Shown: piece by piece, positions 59,931-64,000 of the stretch
Layout: each line of letters starts with the position of its first letter
Position numbering within the stretch: position 1 is the stretch's first letter
Origin: Candidatus Gottesmanbacteria bacterium
GTDB lineage: Bacteria; Patescibacteriota; Microgenomatia; UBA10105
Assembly: GCA_023245415.1 (NCBI GenBank)
Contig: JAHFKJ010000003.1
Location: 7,196-71,195 of the forward strand
Length of the DNA: 64,000 nucleotides
Direction: 5' to 3'
Notes under the pieces: generated by a model
Told to the model about the DNA's origin: nothing
The model's input: the letters and a program-made list of their open reading frames with translations, nothing else
Database searches by the model: none
Made by a program: the position numbers and the translations under genes

Positions 59931-60641
59931 ATGATTGTGAATAAAAATATTTTTGGATTTGTTTTAGCAACTTCTTTAACAATATCAGTAACTTTTCCGG
60001 TTTCTGCGATTGAGAAGAAAGAATCGGCAAGGTATGACCTCAAACAGGATTTTCAGGATGAAGAGAAGGAAAGGACCGCATCCCGTTCAAATACACTTAA
60101 CGTCATAAGAGGAACTAGGGTTGAAATTTCCGGTGGGGAAATTAAAACTATCGAGAGTTCAAAAATTACTGTTGAAAAAGACAGTAAGACTTATATCGTT
60201 GTAACTGATCACAAAACTCGATTTCATCGCAAGTATTGGGGTAATACCGGAATAGCAGAAATGATTATAGGAGACAAAGTAAATGTTCGCGGGATTTGGG
60301 ATGATGAAACAGTGTATAGGGTAAAAGCCTATTTTATTCGAGATCTCTCGATCCAAAAACGCTTCGGAGTTTTCTTTGGCACTATCAATACAAAATCTGA
60401 TACTGGATTTGTTCTCGATACAGGTAAAAGAGGAGTACAAACAGTGACTATTAAATCTGACACACACTATACCAACCGTAAAGACGAGACGATTACGTTA
60501 GGTGATCTCAAAGAAGGAGATAAAGTACGACTTCGAGGGTTGTGGAATTCACAAAATTTAACGATAACCGAAGTTGAAAAAATTAAAGATTTTTCATTGC
60601 CCCAATTTTTAAGTCCTTCTTCAACACCGACAACTCAATAA
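59931..60641 (+). CDS. Secreted protein with two internal repeats (DUF5666-like)
   Basis: Signal peptide; two repeats ending GDKV..RG.W....I.D.S. Confidence 0.75.
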   Translation: MIVNKNIFGFVLATSLTISVTFPVSAIEKKESARYDLKQDFQDEEKERTASRSNTLNVIRGTRVEISGGEIKTIESSKITVEKDSKTYIVVTDHKTRFHRKYWGNTGIAEMIIGDKVNVRGIWDDETVYRVKAYFIRDLSIQKRFGVFFGTINTKSDTGFVLDTGKRGVQTVTIKSDTHYTNRKDETITLGDLKEGDKVRLRGLWNSQNLTITEVEKIKDFSLPQFLSPSSTPTTQ

Positions 60642-60760
60642 ACGTGAGAAGTTCATAAACTTCTTAAAAGGCGACTTACAGTCGCCTTGTGGGTATTTTT
60701 TCAGGTAAGCTGGAAAGTCCTGAGAGCTTCGTTTTAGCCGCTTTGTTATAATACATTTAT

Positions 60761-60831
60761 TGCCGGATCGTCTAACGGTAGGACAACGGACTCTGAATCC
60801 GTTTATCTTGGTTCAAATCCAGGTCCGGCAG
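60761..60831 (+). tRNA. tRNA-Gln (anticodon CTG)
   Basis: TGCCGGA..GTCTAACGGTAGGAC ACGGA-CTCTGAA-TCCGT ..CTTGGTTCAAATCCAGG TCCGGCA; CCA not encoded; TATAAT upstream. Confidence 0.95.
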
Positions 60832-61030
60832 CAAGTAAGAGTTGAAAAGAGGTAGGGAGATAGCGTTTGTCGTATTCCCACCCGCCGCGCCTCCGAAACA
60901 GTCGGCTCGTAAAGACAAAACCAGAATGATTTTGTCTCATAGAAAACGCAAACATTTTAAAGAACTTTTTAATCTCTTTTAAGTATCCTTCGAAAGCAGG
61001 AATTCCTCGCTCCTTACGACGTATGTACAC

Positions 61031-61133
61031 TTGTCATCCCCGCGATCCTTCAGCAAGCTCAGAACTGGTGAACGAAGTCGAACCAAAGCGGGGATCTGTT
61101 CAAGAAGATTCCCGATTCGTTCGGCAGTGACAA
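61031..61133. repeat. Composite palindromic element (TTGTCA...TGACAA)
   Basis: TTGTCATCCCCGCG[nested CTTC..AAGCTCAG..GTCGAA]AAAGCGGGGATCT...AGATTCCCG...GTGACAA. Confidence 0.75.
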
Positions 61134-61197
61134 ACCCTTGCGGCTTGCCGCGAGGAGTTTCATTTTTACAAAACCTTGCTATATAATGTAGTGCAAT

Positions 61198-62622
61198 ATG
61201 CTTGCATCGTTACGACTTCATTATGCGGAATTATTAAAAAAGTTCGGTAGATTTAAAATAATTTTTATAGTTTTACCCTATTTGGTTTTAGTAGTACTTT
61301 GTTTTTATTTTGCTTATCAAAGATGTGTACCCATTTTCACTAATGATGGCGTCAAATATACGAGAAAAAGTATCTGTGGCAAGATTAAATCAGCTGAAGT
61401 ATTGCCCACACCTAAAAATCCAAACGAAAAGAAAGTTGATGTAAAAGTTAACACCGATAGCGAGGTAAACTATTGGGAAATAATTGACATCAGTAAAAGT
61501 CCACATTTCTCAACAGGATTAAAAGTCTATGATAAAGATTTACCTAGTCCAGTTGTAAGATGGAATAATTTTTTACTTGGGGTCAATCAAGAACATTATA
61601 TAGAAAAAAGTGGAGAAGCTTTTTTGGGAAGTCCAGCCTCTGAGCGTTATACACTACAATCTCAAATTAGAACGGTGCGTACTTACAACATAGATACGGG
61701 TGAAACCTTTGATATATCTTTAGAAAAACCAATTTGGGAAAAAATTTGGTATATAACAAGCCAAGTTGTAGATGATACCTATTATTTTGGTATTGGCGGT
61801 GCATATGGTGCATCACTTGGATACAAGGTGGATTTACCGCCTCAAAGGACATCACGAATTACGAAATTAAAGACGACTATCGGAAATGAGATAACAAAAT
61901 ATGGGAATGTCTATGTTAGTAGCTCGTGCTATGAAGGGTGTACATACTCACTTTTTAATCCAAGTTCATTGACAACATCTCCTCTTCAACGAATGACAGA
62001 CGCTTCAAATGACTACATCAACAATCGTAAAGAAGAATTTATGGGTATAGATAGTCAAGGACGAATGATTCTAAATATTAGAGATATTCCAAAAGACAGC
62101 AATAATCAACAATCTTTTGAAACAGATGCAATTGCAGTAGTTCCTCTCACTGACGAAAAATCGACAATCATTCTGTTAAAAGCGAGTGAGCTACCTGAAA
62201 AGATACATAGATATTCCATGATCTATGGAATAGATAAAATCTTGATGTTAGGGTTTTCAAAAGCTTATATCTACAACATGGCATCAAATAAATTTAATGA
62301 GATTCAGATTGGGTTAAAACTTAAAGAACTTCTTTCTTCTAATAACAACATCTCAATTACAAAGACTGATAAAGCAGCCTGCATTGCTGATATGGAATCC
62401 ATAAAATACGCAATTGATCTTACAACCGAAACTTACTCGGATACACCACCTAATGACTGTAAAAAATTATATGCTGAGAAAAGTAAAGAAGATATTTTTA
62501 AAGAATTAAAGTTACCTGATAATTTTGAGTTTGTTTACACACCAACTATATATAAAACTTACAATGTAGTAAAGAGAACGCCCGAATCAGAATTACCGAA
62601 TGATTCAAAAGTTATCAAATAA
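61198..62622 (+). CDS. Membrane-anchored hypothetical protein
   Basis: 474-aa ORF with N-terminal TM and several Cys pairs; no recognised family. Confidence 0.8.
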   Translation: MLASLRLHYAELLKKFGRFKIIFIVLPYLVLVVLCFYFAYQRCVPIFTNDGVKYTRKSICGKIKSAEVLPTPKNPNEKKVDVKVNTDSEVNYWEIIDISKSPHFSTGLKVYDKDLPSPVVRWNNFLLGVNQEHYIEKSGEAFLGSPASERYTLQSQIRTVRTYNIDTGETFDISLEKPIWEKIWYITSQVVDDTYYFGIGGAYGASLGYKVDLPPQRTSRITKLKTTIGNEITKYGNVYVSSSCYEGCTYSLFNPSSLTTSPLQRMTDASNDYINNRKEEFMGIDSQGRMILNIRDIPKDSNNQQSFETDAIAVVPLTDEKSTIILLKASELPEKIHRYSMIYGIDKILMLGFSKAYIYNMASNKFNEIQIGLKLKELLSSNNNISITKTDKAACIADMESIKYAIDLTTETYSDTPPNDCKKLYAEKSKEDIFKELKLPDNFEFVYTPTIYKTYNVVKRTPESELPNDSKVIK

Positions 62623-62667
62623 ATTGATTTACTTCGCAAGCAAAAAATTCGCGCATGCAAAAAATAG

Positions 62668-62859
62668 TCCGCCAAAGGCGGATAAACTATGGCACTGCTG
62701 GTGGGCACATTCGGCAAGTTCAGTGTAAAGGCGCCGCGTTGTCCTCTTCGCCGAAGCCTCGGTGAAGGTGGAAACAAGCGAGCCGTGAAGCGAGACGACA
62801 GTGCCCTGCCGTAGCTTCACACTCCGGTATACCAAAATACTGGATAATGAAGCTACGGA
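62668..62859. repeat. Cluster of GC-rich nested hairpin elements
   Basis: TCCGCCAAAGGCGGA; GGCACTG...CAGTGCC enclosing CTTCGCCGAAGCCTCGGTGAAG; CCGTAGCTTCA...TGAAGCTACGG. Confidence 0.7.
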
Positions 62860-63098
62860 ATTGTTAGCAAAGATTTCTTGAGGTTAGGAGACATTAAAGT
62901 CCTATCCTTAATGTAGAGTGGTTTACCGATTGCCTCCACAGGCTTAAGTTTCTCTTCTGGGGTGTATTCCATATAATATGAGGATATTCTAAGACTTAAT
63001 TTAAAACTCCTAATTTAAATCCCCAATCGTTGGATCGTGGGAAGTTTATCTAACAGTAAATTTCCTTAATAACACGTGCGTGGTATACTGGTAAAATT

Positions 63099-63221
63099 AT
63101 GAAAATTTTACTGTCAGCGCATATAGATCTGGCTAGACCAGTTATGTCCATTAGAATGAATGATAAAAATCTACTCGGATTGGTTGATAATCTTGCAGGT
63201 GTATTATTCATCTTTCATTGA
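63099..63221 (+). pseudogene. Truncated zinc-peptidase (M28/M20-like) fragment
   Basis: MKILLSAHIDLARPVMSIRMNDKNLLGLVDNLAGVLFIFH*: SAHxD and G..DN.AG motifs, then a stop. Confidence 0.55.
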
Positions 63222-63347
63222 TCATATAATTGTGGGCAAGTAATTATGATCAATAAATTCATGCTTCAAATGTTTTTAGACTTAACAAATTTAAAGTGAG
63301 ACTACTTGTTCAGATTAATGGGTTCCGACCAGGGTTGACACTATTAA

Positions 63348-63376
63348 ACAGCTCTCGGTGTTGTGACGAGAGCTGT
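63348..63376. terminator. Hairpin downstream of the minus-strand gene
   Basis: ACAGCTCTCG...CGAGAGCTGT. Confidence 0.55.
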
Positions 63377-63403
63377 ATAATTCACGTAAAGGACTAATCC
63401 TTT

Positions 63404-63883
63404 CTACCAAATATGTTTTCCTAGACCTCTCATACCTCCTCTAAATCCGCCGAAGAAGTAGTTAAGATCAATGTTGTTTTGCTTGGCCCATGACTCAATT
63501 TCTTGTTTTTGAGCTGCAAAGGCATCGCGTCGCAGTTGCGGAGTCATATTTTGCAAATTCTGTCGCTCTGCTTCTCGTTTTGTCTTTAATTCTTGCTGTT
63601 TCGTGAGGATTAACTGTTTTTGAGCTTCAGTTAATTTGCCATCTTTTACAGCTTGAGTTAGTCTGTCTTCAATTCGAGTTTGCATTTGAGCTTGACGATC
63701 TTTCATTGATTCGTCAAACACCGCTTGTACATCAGCTTGTTTAAGTCCGAATTTTTGCACTAGTTTTTCAATGATTGATGCATGCCAATTGGTGGGGCTT
63801 TGGGCAAATGCTTTCGTTGTTCCAAGTATTACAGTTCCTAAAACTACAATAACAACGAGTGATACGATTAGTTTTTGTTTCAT
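63404..63883 (-). CDS. Secreted alpha-helical hypothetical protein
   Basis: Signal peptide ending AFA; L.QAV.DGKLT..Q motif; Gly-rich tail; GGAGGTGA SD places the start at MKQKL. Confidence 0.85.
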   Translation of the reverse strand: MKQKLIVSLVVIVVLGTVILGTTKAFAQSPTNWHASIIEKLVQKFGLKQADVQAVFDESMKDRQAQMQTRIEDRLTQAVKDGKLTEAQKQLILTKQQELKTKREAERQNLQNMTPQLRRDAFAAQKQEIESWAKQNNIDLNYFFGGFRGGMRGLGKHIW

Positions 63884-64000
63884 ATATTCACCTCCCTTCA
63901 ATATTATTTTTTATTCGACTACAGGCTAGTATTAAAGCCAAAATAATAAGGATAGGTGAAAACGATGTAACTTGAGTAACAAAAGATAAAAGACTTGCAA

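Noticed and set aside
60803-61030. 75-aa minus-strand ORF as an integrase remnant
   Set aside because: It ends inside tRNA-Gln and shows no recombinase motif I can recognise.
62559-62835. Two short minus-strand ORFs, or a riboswitch/SRP RNA
   Set aside because: The frames are translations of palindromic repeats; no SRP or known riboswitch consensus was recognised.

Overview
This is low-GC, gene-dense bacterial DNA in the standard genetic code. Gene content and organisation point to a Patescibacteria/CPR genome, probably Microgenomates-like (inference). Housekeeping genes: recA-recX-rny, HU, miaB/miaA, ruvAB, comM, secDF, CCA-adding enzyme, recJ (interrupted by an in-frame TAA), aspS, gltX, era, tRNA-Ser(TGA), tRNA-Gln(CTG) and an unusually long RNase P RNA. 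The window also holds a type IV pilus locus and a PBP1C plus alpha-2-macroglobulin pair. Most interesting observations: (1) a SpeD-like decarboxylase, an EamA transporter and a eukaryote-type guanidinoacetate-methyltransferase homologue, followed by a split membrane-sensor/adaptor/kinase/receiver module directly upstream of pilB; (2) small palindromic and 7-mer repeat elements that sit in intergenic DNA, in frame inside miaA and miaB, and in several helices of RNase P RNA; (3) a glycosyltransferase, ATP-grasp ligase and C39-like peptidase upstream of PBP1C/alpha-2-macroglobulin; (4) widespread leaderless gene starts, including an apparent 18-bp bidirectional promoter. All assignments come from motif recognition by eye; no searches were run.
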